Shown: positions 47,106 through 57,598, numbered from the stretch's first letter. The stretch is DNA of 64,000 bases from Erythrobacter sp. (GCA_039985875.1 JBDWRU010000010.1:7266-71265), one strand, 5' to 3'. Notes: generated by a model from the letters alone, not told the origin. Numbers and translations are program-made.

Positions 47106-47290
47106 AGCGACTTTCCTTTGCGAGCTCCCCCTAGCGCGTAAAGTCTAGGCGGAAGACTACCAGCATGACAAGGGACAATATACTCAGCAAACCTTGCCGT
47201 AACGTGGACGGATCGCTAGCAGCGCTGCAAATTCAAACGAGCACTAGACGCTGCGATGCGCGTCAGGTTGAGGCTCAGACCGGAGCACTT

Positions 47291-48112
47291 ATGACAAACG
47301 CCTTAGTCACCCAAATCGAAACCGCTTGGGACAACCGCGCAGATGTTGGCCCCGGGCACGAAGTTTCAGACGCAGTGAACGAAGCACTTGGCCTACTGGA
47401 CAGCGGCGAAGCGCGCGTGGCGCAGCCTGATGGACAAGGCGGCTGGACCGTCAATCAATGGCTCAAAAAGGCAGTGCTTTTGTCATTCCGGCTCAATGAC
47501 AATGTGGTGATGGATGCGGGTTCCGCTGGCGCGCCTGCTTTCGATAAGGTGCCAAGCAAGTTTGATGGATGGGATGAAGCGCGCTTTGCCGAAGCCGGTA
47601 TCCGCGTCGTACCCGGAGCAATTGCGCGCCGAGCTTCTTACATCGCGCCGGGCTGCGTCTTGATGCCAAGTTTCGTCAATATCGGCGCCTATGTTGGTGA
47701 AGGCACGATGGTCGATACCTGGGGCTCAATTGGATCCTGCGCTCAGATTGGCATGAATTGTCATATCTCGGCTGGAACTGGAATTGGCGGCGTGCTCGAA
47801 CCGATGCAGGCCAATCCCACGATTATTGGTGACAATTGCTTTATCGGAGCGCGCTCAGAAATTGTCGAAGGCGTAATCGTTGGCGAAGGCTGCGTTGTGG
47901 CAATGGGAGTCTTCATCACGCAATCGACCAAGATCGTTTATCGCGACACGGGCGAGATCATCAAAGGGCACATTCCGCCCTATTCTGTTGTTGTACCCGG
48001 CACTTTGCCTGATCCAAACGGTGGACCTTCTCTCGCCTGCGCTGTGATTGTTAAGACGGTGGATGCACAAACCCGCGCCAAAACCGGGATTAACGAGCTT
48101 TTGCGCGACTAA
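47291..48112 (+). CDS. dapD: 2,3,4,5-tetrahydropyridine-2,6-dicarboxylate N-succinyltransferase
   Basis: 273 aa from ATG 47291. Hexapeptide-repeat region [14 protein letters not shown]...[15 protein letters not shown]. Confidence 0.85.
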   Translation: MTNALVTQIETAWDNRADVGPGHEVSDAVNEALGLLDSGEARVAQPDGQGGWTVNQWLKKAVLLSFRLNDNVVMDAGSAGAPAFDKVPSKFDGWDEARFAEAGIRVVPGAIARRASYIAPGCVLMPSFVNIGAYVGEGTMVDTWGSIGSCAQIGMNCHISAGTGIGGVLEPMQANPTIIGDNCFIGARSEIVEGVIVGEGCVVAMGVFITQSTKIVYRDTGEIIKGHIPPYSVVVPGTLPDPNGGPSLACAVIVKTVDAQTRAKTGINELLRD

Positions 48113-48223
48113 TTCGGCAACGAATTAACGCGATTCCAACACAGCTTAAGTGGTTGCGCGACGCCATTCAGTAACGAATTAACAAAATTCGGCGAACACC
48201 CTTGCATAGAAAGGAACGCCGAT

Positions 48224-48376
48224 ATGAACCCCCAAGAAACCCGCTCCTGCGCCTCTCACGTTACCGCTAACGCAGAACGCAATGCTGAGAAAATCGTGAC
48301 CGTGTTCGCGATTAGCCTCGTCCTGACAATAGGTCAGCTTGGCCTCACATACGTGTTGCCGGTACTTCAAGCCTAA
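48224..48376 (+). CDS. Possible 50-aa single-TM small protein (below the ORF-track length cut-off)
   Basis: Hand translation: MNPQETRSCASHVTANAERNAEKIVTVFAISLVLTIGQLGLTYVLPVLQA. AAAGGAA lies 8 nt upstream. Confidence 0.3.
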   Translation: MNPQETRSCASHVTANAERNAEKIVTVFAISLVLTIGQLGLTYVLPVLQA

Positions 48377-49702
48377 TCATTCAACCTCTGGGATCAGCGT
48401 CTCAATTGGCGGTTGATCGGAAACGCTCGCCGCATATCGCTCTGCTTCGCGCAATACGCGCATGGCATTGCGGCTAGAGATCAGCTCAAGCTCGACCTGC
48501 GAATAGCCGCGCTTGGCTAGCTCTGCAAAGAGCGCGGGATAGCCGCTTACATCCTCGAACCCCACCGGGCCGCTTGGCATTCCGTCAAAATCGCCGCCAA
48601 TACCGATATATTCAACTCCGATCAGATCGCGGATATGGTCAATGTGATCCGCCATATGGCTTATCATGGTAGGCGGCTCCGGGTTCACTTCTTCCCAAGC
48701 ATCCATCGCCGCTTTGACCACATCGGGTTGGCCTAGGAAAAGTGATTTCTGGCGCGCTTCTTCGGCTTGCCATTCGGCAAACCATTCGCGGCGCTCATTG
48801 TTGAGGAAGCCGGGCAATCCGACTACCATCACAATGCCACCATTTTCGGGTAAACGCTGCAGCACGCTGTCTGGAACGTTACGCGCATGGCCATTGACCT
48901 TACGCACGCCCGAATGGCTGAAGATAACCGGTGCTTTTGCCACATCCAACGCATCCATCATCGCCGCTTCGCTAACATGGCTGAGATCAACCAGCATCCC
49001 GATCCGGTTCATTTCGCGGATCACGTCTTTGCCAAATTCGGTGAGCCCATCATGCTCAGGATCATCCGTCGCGCTGTCTGCCCAAGGCGTGTTGCGGCTA
49101 TGGGTGATAGTCATATAGCGCGCGCCAAGCGCATACATCTGGCGCAGCACAGCAAGGCTAGACCCGATGGAATGGCCGCCTTCCATGCCAAGCATCGAGG
49201 CAATCTTTCCATCCGCAACCGCGCGGTCAACCTCATCGGCGGTCTCCACATAAGCGAGGCTGTCAGGATAACGCGCGATCAAACGCTTCGTCACGTCGAT
49301 CTGTTCAATCGTCATCTGCACCGCTTCGGGTTCAGATAGGCTTACGGGCACATAGACCGACCAGTATTGAGCGCCGACTTTGCCCAACGCAAGTCGCGCA
49401 AGATCGGTATGCATCACCCGGCCATCAGGATGCGTTTCCCCAGTCCCGGTCGTGTCTGCAAAGTCGAACTCGTTGATTTGATTGTCGAAGCGAGCGCGCA
49501 GTTGGATCGGCACATCATTGTGTCCGTCGAACACTGGCGCCGCCGCAAGCGCTGCGAGCGCTGTTTCAAGATTGGGATCGATCGGCTCCGGTGCTGAAAC
49601 GTCTTCGGCAACGGCATCTACTGCGGCATCTTGCGCATGGGCTGGCGTTGCAAAAACAACTGCCAAAGCAGTCAACGGAAGGGCAAATCGTTGCATCAGC
49701 AT
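48377..49702 (-). CDS. Membrane dipeptidase (peptidase M19 family), secreted
   Basis: Start at Met75 (MLMQRFALPLTALAVVFATPAHAQ). FDGHNDVP, ITHSRNTPWAD and DLSHVS blocks. Confidence 0.8.
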   Translation of the reverse strand: MLMQRFALPLTALAVVFATPAHAQDAAVDAVAEDVSAPEPIDPNLETALAALAAAPVFDGHNDVPIQLRARFDNQINEFDFADTTGTGETHPDGRVMHTDLARLALGKVGAQYWSVYVPVSLSEPEAVQMTIEQIDVTKRLIARYPDSLAYVETADEVDRAVADGKIASMLGMEGGHSIGSSLAVLRQMYALGARYMTITHSRNTPWADSATDDPEHDGLTEFGKDVIREMNRIGMLVDLSHVSEAAMMDALDVAKAPVIFSHSGVRKVNGHARNVPDSVLQRLPENGGIVMVVGLPGFLNNERREWFAEWQAEEARQKSLFLGQPDVVKAAMDAWEEVNPEPPTMISHMADHIDHIRDLIGVEYIGIGGDFDGMPSGPVGFEDVSGYPALFAELAKRGYSQVELELISSRNAMRVLREAERYAASVSDQPPIETLIPEVE

Positions 49703-49941
49703 GGGAACTCCCGGTAGAGCGGCGCGGTATGAAGCGCCTCTATTTGCATTATTGTTATTGGCACAGATAGCGTGGTCGCGCTCATCGAACAATTGGAACT
49801 CGCACCGGATCTGCAAAGTCGCATCGCTTCGCAAGACGACGCGGACTGAATCTAGCGACAGCGGCTGCTCATACGCCACAAACAACAAACGGCGCGCGCT
49901 CCTTTCGGAACGCACGCCGTTCATTCAAGCTACTAACCCAA

Positions 49942-50193
49942 TTAGGTGAGGTGCTTTGACACCGCAGCGGTCATTTGGAACATCGAGATTTCGTCTTTCC
50001 CGATAACACCGCTAAGCTTCGCATCGGGCACAATCGTGCGCTTGTCGGTTGGCTTTTGCAGGTTGTTAGCCTTGATGTACTTCCAAATTTCAGAGGTCAC
50101 TTCAGCGCGGGTCTTTGGACCTTTGCCAATCACCTCTTCGAGTGCACCCGAAAGTTGCACCGGCTTTTGCAGTGCGTTGGTTTTTCCAGCCAT
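49942..50193 (-). CDS. SWIB/MDM2-domain protein (83 aa)
   Basis: LSGALEEVIGKGPKTRAEVTSEIWKYIKANNLQKPTDKRTIVPDAKL. Confidence 0.7.
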   Translation of the reverse strand: MAGKTNALQKPVQLSGALEEVIGKGPKTRAEVTSEIWKYIKANNLQKPTDKRTIVPDAKLSGVIGKDEISMFQMTAAVSKHLT

Positions 50194-50225
50194 TGTAAGT
50201 CTCCCTTTTTAATCTGGCAGGTCAT

Positions 50226-50810
50226 TCATTCTTCCTCATCCCATTCTTCCTCGTCATCCTCAGGCCCGGTGAACGGTGCGGTTAGAACCGCACAGCCCGT
50301 AATGAACCCTTTGATTGACGCGATGAGGTCATCCCGGCTTGCACCGGGCATTAGCGTGAGCGGAAGCTCAGTAGCGAAGATCTGAAACACATATTGGCGC
50401 GTTTCACCTTCGGTCGGATCAGGCAAAAGCCACTCTGAGTTGCCTTGCGCGTTTTTGCCGGTGCGGGGCGGAGCCTCGCCTTCAAGAATCTTACCCTTTT
50501 GTCCAGGCAATCCCCAGACAAGCCAATGGCAGCCAGGATCATCACCAGCGCTTGTTGCATCTTCGACGATCACAATCAGCTCTTGCGATCCAGCCGGCGG
50601 CGCTGACCATTCCAAAGGCGGTGCAACCGCGTCTTCTTCTTTTGCACTGAAACAAGGATCAAGCTCATCACCGTCACCAAAGGCGGGGCTCGACAATGCA
50701 AAGCCCCCGCGACCAAGCGTGCGCGCATCACCAAGGCTGGCAATCGCCAGGCCCGCATGGCGCGCGGTCGCCGGAAGCTTTGATGCCAACCAATCAGGAA
50801 CTTCAGTCAT
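50226..50810 (-). CDS. YbhB/YbcL-family PEBP (Raf kinase inhibitor-like) protein with an acidic tail
   Basis: PPLEWSAPPAGSQELIVIVEDATSAGDDPGCHWLVWGLPG; the C-terminus is EDDEEEWDEEE. Confidence 0.7.
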   Translation of the reverse strand: MTEVPDWLASKLPATARHAGLAIASLGDARTLGRGGFALSSPAFGDGDELDPCFSAKEEDAVAPPLEWSAPPAGSQELIVIVEDATSAGDDPGCHWLVWGLPGQKGKILEGEAPPRTGKNAQGNSEWLLPDPTEGETRQYVFQIFATELPLTLMPGASRDDLIASIKGFITGCAVLTAPFTGPEDDEEEWDEEE

Positions 50811-51295
50811 TCTTCAACCTTGTCATCGTCAGGGGATTCTAGGGCCTCCCGCGCCCTGAGACGAGGGATACACTTGTAAAATGCATCGGATTCTGCGGAA
50901 AACTTCATAAATTTCGACAGAATGCAGCCCCTCGATGCTAATTTTGACGTGTAACACCCCCTAATTTCTTGCCCAGCGGTCGATCGTTCGGAAATGCTCG
51001 TCCTTCGAGGGACGCGTTTTTTGGGGTGAATTGCCGGAGTCGCGACTGACATAAAGTCGCTCACACCGCTGTTCCAGTCAGACATGCACTTGCTTTGGCC
51101 GCATGCTGAGGAGATTCATCAAGCCCTCCCCAACCACAGTAGCGCAAGCCGGGTTCTCCACGGGCCATTCGCGTCTCGACGCACGCGTCGCCGCCGCTAG
51201 AGAGCAATCGAGCTCCAAATCCAACGCAATACAAATTGCCCCGGATTGTTCTAACCGATGGAAAAATGCGCTGAGAAAGGCGCGCTGCGTCGATA

Positions 51296-52426
51296 CTAGC
51301 TAGCCAATGGGCCTGATAGGCCGATCAAAAGACGGATAGTGGCGGTTAGCCCCGTAGGCTTCCAATCGCGAACAATTGTGCCAGCACCCGCTGCCAACAT
51401 GCGGTCAACAATAGCGCTGCCCGTACCGGGATGGATTTCGGCCTGCTCGACGGATGGACCGCCATCTTCGCGCCAAGTGATCTCGAGAGTTTTGTTATCG
51501 TCAGATAATCGCCAGTCCACCTCGACGGTGCCGTCTTCAACCGACCAAGCGCCATACTTCGTCGCATTCGCAGCCAATTCGTGCAGGATCAATCCGACAA
51601 CTGAAATGGCGGAGAACGGCATCCTAACTCCATTGCCGATGCATATTAGACGTCCGCTAACCGTGTTATAGGGCAACAAGACCGCCTTGATTGCTTCGGC
51701 AATATCGACATGGTTTATCGAAGCATCATCCATGGTCGTTTCGTAGGCACGTCCCAACGATTGAATACGCGCATTGATCTCCGCCGCTTCCGCTTTAACG
51801 CCGCGCGTGCGTCCGGTGACATTCACGATCCCCGAAATGACCGCAAACATGTTTTTCATCCGGTGCGACAACTCAAACGCGATCTCTTTTGCTTGGCGCT
51901 CTTCCGCCCTGGCTGCGCGCACATCGGAAACGTCCCACTGGCTGCCGAAGAAATACACCAGATCTCCAGCATCATTATAGATCGGGCCAAGGTGAAGAGC
52001 GTTCCAAAAGGTCGTGCCATTCTTGCGATAGTTGAGCAATTCTACCACGAGCACATCTTCATTGGAGATCGCCTTGCGAATACGGCCCACAGAGTCAGGA
52101 TCGGTGGCAGGGCCTTGCAAAAACCGGCAATTGCGTCCGATGATTTCGTCTTCAGAATAGCCCGTTAGCCTGCGAAATGCTCTGTTCGCGAAGACGATTG
52201 GCAGCTCCGGGTCGGTGGGATCGCTGAGGCAAATCGCCATGCGGGTTTGCGCCATCGCCTGTTCAAACAACACTCCTGACGCCCCAGAGAAATGGTCGCG
52301 TTGTTGCCCAGCTCTAAACCGGTCAGGCGCATCATCAAATCTTAGCGAGACCGAACCGCTGCGCGACCGTTCGCTTTCATCATCAGCGTTCATGGTGAAC
52401 CTACTTTTACGCAGCACATTCCGCAA
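51296..52426 (-). CDS. LOV-domain blue-light sensor histidine kinase (HisKA_2/HWE type)
   Basis: IVFANRAFRRLTGYSEDEIIGRNCRFLQG (flavin-adduct Cys100, nt 52127-52129). ELSHRMKNMFAVISG H-box and a C-terminal ATPase. The start may be Met12 (52393). Confidence 0.85.
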   Translation of the reverse strand: MRNVLRKSRFTMNADDESERSRSGSVSLRFDDAPDRFRAGQQRDHFSGASGVLFEQAMAQTRMAICLSDPTDPELPIVFANRAFRRLTGYSEDEIIGRNCRFLQGPATDPDSVGRIRKAISNEDVLVVELLNYRKNGTTFWNALHLGPIYNDAGDLVYFFGSQWDVSDVRAARAEERQAKEIAFELSHRMKNMFAVISGIVNVTGRTRGVKAEAAEINARIQSLGRAYETTMDDASINHVDIAEAIKAVLLPYNTVSGRLICIGNGVRMPFSAISVVGLILHELAANATKYGAWSVEDGTVEVDWRLSDDNKTLEITWREDGGPSVEQAEIHPGTGSAIVDRMLAAGAGTIVRDWKPTGLTATIRLLIGLSGPLAS

Positions 52427-52534
52427 AGGAGGTTATAGGGAAATTGCGACTGCGGCATCGTATTTCTTAACCTCACAACGGCGCTCTGCTCAGTGCGTTC
52501 GAAGTCCGCAAACCTCACTTTTGCCTGCCCGCGC

Positions 52535-52942
52535 TCAAAGGCCTTCAGGAACTGTTTCAAATCCGGGAATCTCACCCAGTTCGACCCAGTCTTGTTTGCT
52601 TTTTGTGTAGCAATGGAATGACGGGTTGAGCCCCGACGTATCATCGAGCGTTCCCGCCTTGATAAACATCATGCCTCCGGGCCTGTCGATCCGGGTAAAG
52701 ACCGGTGATCCGCATTCGCCGCAAAACTGCCGCCGCACTGTCGCGCCGCTATCGCCTGTATCGTTGTAGGTCTTCAATTCGCCTTCAAGCGAGACCGCGA
52801 CCTCTGGAACTCCGACAATCACAGACAGCGCTGTTCCAGCTTGGCGTTGGCAATTCTTGCAATGGCACGTCACGCACATCGCTGGCTCTGCATCGACTGT
52901 GTACCGCACTGCCCCGCACAGGCATCCACCGGTCATCGTCAT
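52535..52942 (-). CDS. GFA-family (CENP-V/glutathione-dependent formaldehyde-activating-like) zinc protein
   Basis: GGCLCGAVRY, CHCKNCQR and FCGECGS. Confidence 0.75.
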   Translation of the reverse strand: MTMTGGCLCGAVRYTVDAEPAMCVTCHCKNCQRQAGTALSVIVGVPEVAVSLEGELKTYNDTGDSGATVRRQFCGECGSPVFTRIDRPGGMMFIKAGTLDDTSGLNPSFHCYTKSKQDWVELGEIPGFETVPEGL

Positions 52943-52973
52943 TGGCTCTCTCCCGTCGGCCCTAACGCATCAT

Positions 52974-53399
52974 TCAGGGTGCCTCGTCTCCTGTAAACCT
53001 CTGATTATTGGTGAACCCGCAGCCATAAAGCGTGTCATCACCCCACGTGACAGTGACAGTGAACGGATAGGATCTATCGCTCATCCCATCGCTGCACTCA
53101 CCCGGAGTAACCGCGATTTGCATCGCGCGGCCGCTCAGCTCACCCGAATAGCCAAGGCCGTTATTGCCGGCGAACCGCTCCACCTCAAATGGCGTACCAT
53201 CAGGCGTTTCGGGCGATGAATAGTCGGCAGAACTGCCCGAAATCTCAATGCTCCAAAATGGTTCTGTGCCGAGCAAAGTGAGTTTTTCATCCTCGGCAAT
53301 GCCTGCATAGGGCTCAGTGTCGCGGCTGATACTGTCGCTTGGCGCGCAGGCCCCAAGCGCCGCGAAAACGGCAAGGAGAAGAGCATTTCGCATAGGCAT
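52974..53399 (-). CDS. Putative lipoprotein (hypothetical)
   Basis: MPMRNALLLAVFAALGACAP lipobox. The start is 53399 or 53393. The rest carries no firm motif. Confidence 0.5.
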   Translation of the reverse strand: MPMRNALLLAVFAALGACAPSDSISRDTEPYAGIAEDEKLTLLGTEPFWSIEISGSSADYSSPETPDGTPFEVERFAGNNGLGYSGELSGRAMQIAVTPGECSDGMSDRSYPFTVTVTWGDDTLYGCGFTNNQRFTGDEAP

Positions 53400-53564
53400 C
53401 AACCTTTTTATTGAACGCGCCATCAAAACTGCAGCCACTGTCATTTGCTCTGCCAAGTTGCACAGCCAAGCTTGGCGACGCAAGAAGCAATGGAAGAGGC
53501 CGGATTAACCAAGCGCTTACGGCTTGGCGCTAAATTAGGATCCTGAGCAATCAGAGTTGGCGCC

Positions 53565-54803
53565 ATGCAATTCCCCAATCTCCTTCAAAGTGTTCTGCTT
53601 TTCGATGCACCGATTGACATCCTCGAAGCGGCGGTGCGCGATTTTGCGCGTGTCGAGGAGATGAAAACGGGCGCTATATTTGGCGTACCGGAGACCAGAC
53701 CGGGACGATTTTACCGCTTGGCCAATGCCGATGCACAGCTGATGCTAACCGCAGAATATGTGCACGGGCCAGCCAACACAGCCACGTTCAAGAACGCTCT
53801 GGGATCAGCAATCACGGGTTTACTCACCCCCGACATTCGCGACCGCATCACAAAGACCCGAAGTCACATCATCCTTGAAGTCTCGCAAACCGCGCAAGGC
53901 GAAAACGAGACCAATGATGAGGCCGCTCGTGATCCCGATGACGAAGCCAAATCACCCGAGAGCGATGCACAGGACCAATTTCATCGGCGGCTTGACCTAC
54001 TTGCACTCTTCAGTCGCATTGTGACCGATCATGCAAAGCCGTTGGCAGTGCATTGGACGCAATCCGATATGCTACTGACATCTGAAAAGTTTGATGAACT
54101 TGCGGCCATCGACGCGCCCGGCCCGCTCCACATCCATCCTTTCCTGTTTGGCCCGTCAGCCAAGTCCGACGAACCAAAACATGTCGGCATTCGCACCTTT
54201 GGCGCACGCCACTGGCTGGGTCGGGAAGTGGTTGTCGATCCCAACATTCTACCGTGGACTGCAAATTTTGAGACCATACTTGCCTTCTTGCGGCTCGCCT
54301 CCTTGCCCAATGGCTATCTTATCCCAGATGGCGATACATTCGGACCGGAAGATGGCAGCGCTTCAACCCGCGTTTCTTATCGCGATGCCGGTGCTAACGA
54401 AGGTGGCGCAAGCTTGGAAAAGGATACCTCTGCATCCTACGAGCTGACCCCTCTTAAACATGACGCATATGGTTTTGTCGCCGCCGACTACTCATCGCCG
54501 GCCAATCCCGTGAACGATGCGATAACTTCGGCCGTTTCCTTGGCTAAAGATCACATCGGGCCAGCTATGCTCGAAGCAGGATTTCGTGATACCCGCAAAA
54601 TGGTCGAGGCCTTTGGCGGCTCGCTCGACAATGGGGCAACAAATGAATCTAGCGCAGCGAGTGATATTGACGAAGCACCACAGGGATCGCCGCCATCATC
54701 AGCACCTCCCGCGATTATCGCGCCAACGCCGAGCCAGCCGGGCCTACCAACCATTTCAGGCCAAGGATTGCGCGCCAAAGTATTCGGCCGCAAGCAAACT
54801 TAG
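53565..54803 (+). CDS. Hypothetical protein (412 aa)
   Basis: Long ORF with coding-like composition. Acidic central linker and Pro/Ser-rich C-terminus. No motif recognised. Confidence 0.5.
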   Translation: MQFPNLLQSVLLFDAPIDILEAAVRDFARVEEMKTGAIFGVPETRPGRFYRLANADAQLMLTAEYVHGPANTATFKNALGSAITGLLTPDIRDRITKTRSHIILEVSQTAQGENETNDEAARDPDDEAKSPESDAQDQFHRRLDLLALFSRIVTDHAKPLAVHWTQSDMLLTSEKFDELAAIDAPGPLHIHPFLFGPSAKSDEPKHVGIRTFGARHWLGREVVVDPNILPWTANFETILAFLRLASLPNGYLIPDGDTFGPEDGSASTRVSYRDAGANEGGASLEKDTSASYELTPLKHDAYGFVAADYSSPANPVNDAITSAVSLAKDHIGPAMLEAGFRDTRKMVEAFGGSLDNGATNESSAASDIDEAPQGSPPSSAPPAIIAPTPSQPGLPTISGQGLRAKVFGRKQT

Positions 54804-54807
54804 GCGT

Positions 54808-55779
54808 CTACAGCCGACAGTAATTTGTCCGTGTTGACCGACTGTTGACATTGCTCCTCAGCGTTCGCGCGCAGCTCTTCACCAACTGCGTCTGACATTT
54901 CAACGCGCTCGCCTGCCGCATCGAAGCGCGCGTATCGGTTCCCGCAGCATTCGCCGCGCAGCGTGCTTTCATTTGCTTCACCCAAGCGCTGTGCAATTCG
55001 TCAATCGCGTCCTGGTGAACTTTGCCCATCGCCTTCCAAACGCCTTGAATCTCTTGGGACGCCAGATCGCGCTCAACCTTCGCCGCGGTTAGCGCTGCTG
55101 CACCTTCCGCCTCAAAGGCGTCCTTCTCTTCACGTTCAGCCGCGTCCTCAGCGCGCTTCGCCTCCAGCTCCTCACGCCGTTCCTCGGCTTCTTCGCGGTC
55201 CACTTCGACCCGCTCCGCGCGGATTTCATCGGCCAGCAGATACGACCCCAAAACCTCGCTCATAAATTCCAATGAGGCGGAATCATCGTCGAACTCAGCG
55301 AACAGCTTTGACCCATCATCGGTGGGCTGGACGAAATAATCAAAGTCGCTTGTGTAATTGCCGCTGCGCCGTTTCAACTTAAACCGGTTAGCAAGATCGC
55401 GCACGCTGCCCATTTCGGCATATGAGCGCGCTTCATTGGCCTTCTTCTCAATCGCGGTGGGGAAATCAATGCTAAGCGTCGCGCCGCACGAAAGCCGCGC
55501 ACTGCCCGAACTATCTTGCGAGGTGCGTACATCGCTCAGCCGCAGCCTGATCCGGTCAACCGCATTTTCAAGCTCAGTCGCATCGTAGGAGCCCAACTCC
55601 TTTTGCGAATCCAGCGTCGCTTGCACAGCGAATTCCAACTCTTCTTTCAGCAGCTCGTCCAGCACGCGCTGCGCATCATCGCTGCCGCAATCCGCACCGC
55701 CACCAAACAGCGACCCATCACATGCCGAAACCATCAACAACGCTGCGCACAGACCTGCTGAATACACCTTTTTCATCAA
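54808..55779 (-). CDS. Lipoprotein with a coiled-coil region and an LprI/DUF1311-like C-terminus
   Basis: Lipobox LMVSAC. EEAEERREELEAKRAEDAAEREEKD coiled coil. The C-terminal W...W...C pattern is weak evidence. Confidence 0.5.
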   Translation of the reverse strand: MMKKVYSAGLCAALLMVSACDGSLFGGGADCGSDDAQRVLDELLKEELEFAVQATLDSQKELGSYDATELENAVDRIRLRLSDVRTSQDSSGSARLSCGATLSIDFPTAIEKKANEARSYAEMGSVRDLANRFKLKRRSGNYTSDFDYFVQPTDDGSKLFAEFDDDSASLEFMSEVLGSYLLADEIRAERVEVDREEAEERREELEAKRAEDAAEREEKDAFEAEGAAALTAAKVERDLASQEIQGVWKAMGKVHQDAIDELHSAWVKQMKARCAANAAGTDTRASMRQASALKCQTQLVKSCARTLRSNVNSRSTRTNYCRL

Positions 55780-56010
55780 TACGCCCTCGGACTCGAACGA
55801 CAGCTATCCAAATCAAATGAGCGATTCTTGTCAAGAAAGAAGACAAACAGTTCTTTTTAGTTTGGCGGATCAATTACGGTGCGGAATGACTGCGTAACAA
55901 ACCGCGCGCCTTTGCTCCAAGGCAATCCCTCCCATCGGGCTTGCGGGGCTGCGGGCGGCTCTCTAGGATCACAGACTTATGCCCTAACAATTTTTCTGAG
56001 GTCATCTTTG

Positions 56011-56544
56011 ATGCGCGTTATCTTGTTTCCTTCAATTGCAGCTTTTGCAGGCTTGCTCACCGCATGCGCCCCGGAAACGCGGGACGATGCGATCCTTGGC
56101 GACGCACCCGAAACGCAAAGCACCACTGTCGCATCCGACGATGTGCCGGACGCGATCCGCGCCGCCGCCGAAGCCCAAATACCCGGCATGACCATTGCCG
56201 AGGTTGAACGCAAAGAGCGCGAAGGACAAACCTTCTTCGACGTCGAAGGCGCGCGCCCCGATGGCAGCGAGGTTGAGCTAGACATGCTGCAAGAGGAAGA
56301 CGGCTCGTTCACCGTCGTTGAAGTCCAGAGAGACCTCGCATGGTCAGACGTGCCTGAAAATGCTCGCGCCGCGACCCAAGGGGTAAAAGACATGTTTGAA
56401 CCCGTTCGTGTTATCGAGAGCATTCAGAACGATGGCACGGTGATTTACGAGCTCTTTGCGGACGGAAAGCCCGATGCACCTTCCGCTGAAATTGCTGTCA
56501 AAGACGGGAAAGCACAGATGCTGACTGAGCGTTGGAAGTATTGA
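56011..56544 (+). CDS. PepSY-like lipoprotein
   Basis: Start at ATG 56011 (MRVILFPSIAAFAGLLTACAP). Two repeats of the ...IAEVERKEREGQTFFDVEG... / ...VIESIQNDGTVIYEL... type. Confidence 0.45.
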   Translation: MRVILFPSIAAFAGLLTACAPETRDDAILGDAPETQSTTVASDDVPDAIRAAAEAQIPGMTIAEVERKEREGQTFFDVEGARPDGSEVELDMLQEEDGSFTVVEVQRDLAWSDVPENARAATQGVKDMFEPVRVIESIQNDGTVIYELFADGKPDAPSAEIAVKDGKAQMLTERWKY

Positions 56545-57113
56545 TAGCGCGCTTGCAACTAAGCCTGCCGCTGCTGCCTAGTTTGTCGCTAGCTCTCACA
56601 GCCTGTTTCGGCGCCCCCGGCCCGGTCGGCAATGCCGCTGTGCCTGATCCCGCTAAGCCGGTTGAGCTGTCGGCTTATCTTGGCAAGTGGTACGAATATG
56701 CCCGCTACGAAGCCCCGTTTCAGGCAGGCTGCGAAGGCGTCACGGCGGACTATTCGCTGCGCGACGACGGCAAAATCCAAGTGGTGAATGCGTGCTTTAA
56801 GGGCGCTTTGGATGGCAAGTTTTCTGAGGCCAAAGGCCGCGCCAAAATCGTCGAAGGGTCGGACGGCGCGAAGCTCAAAGTCAGCTTTTTCGGCCCATTC
56901 TATGGCGACTATTGGGTGCTCGACCGATCTGAACCTGACGCGGACGGGCAATATGCTTGGTCCATAGTTGGCGAGCCTTCGGGGCGGTATTTGTGGATGC
57001 TAACCCGTGACGCCAAACCAAATGCAGAATTGCGCGCTCTTCTAGAGGGCCGTGTGCACGAACTAGGCTATGATTGGGAACTGGTGCGCATTACTCAGCA
57101 GCCATCCCCTTGA
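56532..57113 (+). CDS. blc: Bacterial lipocalin (Blc-like) lipoprotein
   Basis: Lipobox LALTAC. YLGKWYEYARYEAPFQ lipocalin signature. The exact start is uncertain (TTG). Confidence 0.75.
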   Translation: MEVLIARLQLSLPLLPSLSLALTACFGAPGPVGNAAVPDPAKPVELSAYLGKWYEYARYEAPFQAGCEGVTADYSLRDDGKIQVVNACFKGALDGKFSEAKGRAKIVEGSDGAKLKVSFFGPFYGDYWVLDRSEPDADGQYAWSIVGEPSGRYLWMLTRDAKPNAELRALLEGRVHELGYDWELVRITQQPSP

Positions 57114-57598
57114 GCGACCCAATCACAATCCTGATCGACGCCGATGCCTGCCCGGTCAAAGAGGAAGTCTATCGCGTGGCCGACCGTTACAAAGCGCAGG
57201 TGCGCGTGGTCAGCAACAGCTACTTCCGCGTGCCCACAAATGAACGGGTCAAGCGCATCGTCTTGGAAGGCGGCGTCGATGGCCCGAAATTTGATGCCGC
57301 CGATGATTGGATCGCGGACAATGCCACGGCGTGTAGCGTAGTGATCACTGCCGATATTCTTTTGGCGGACAGATGCCTTAATGCAGGAGCGCAGGTGATG
57401 GCGCACAATGGCAAGCCGTTTGATGCGGCCAGCATTGGTAATGCAATTGCGACCCGTGCGATTATGGAAGATCTGCGAGCAGGCATGGACGGCATAGGCG
57501 GCGGCCCGCCCCCGTTCAGCAAAGCGGACCGTTCACGGTTCTTGCAAGCGCTTGACCGGGCGATGGGTGCATTGGCGCGTCAGCAATCCTCAAACTAG
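57110..57598 (+). CDS. YaiI/YqxD-family protein (UPF0178)
   Basis: ILIDADACPVKEEVYRVADRY. The probable TTG 57110 start overlaps the blc stop (TTGA). Confidence 0.7.
   Translation: MSDPITILIDADACPVKEEVYRVADRYKAQVRVVSNSYFRVPTNERVKRIVLEGGVDGPKFDAADDWIADNATACSVVITADILLADRCLNAGAQVMAHNGKPFDAASIGNAIATRAIMEDLRAGMDGIGGGPPPFSKADRSRFLQALDRAMGALARQQSSN

Noticed and set aside
50807-51085. 92-aa ORF overlapping the PEBP gene start by ATGA
   Set aside because: The translation is Arg/Ser/Cys-rich with no motif. The region looks like an AT-rich promoter or leader, so the evidence is too weak to call a gene, though translational coupling makes it worth a proteomic check.
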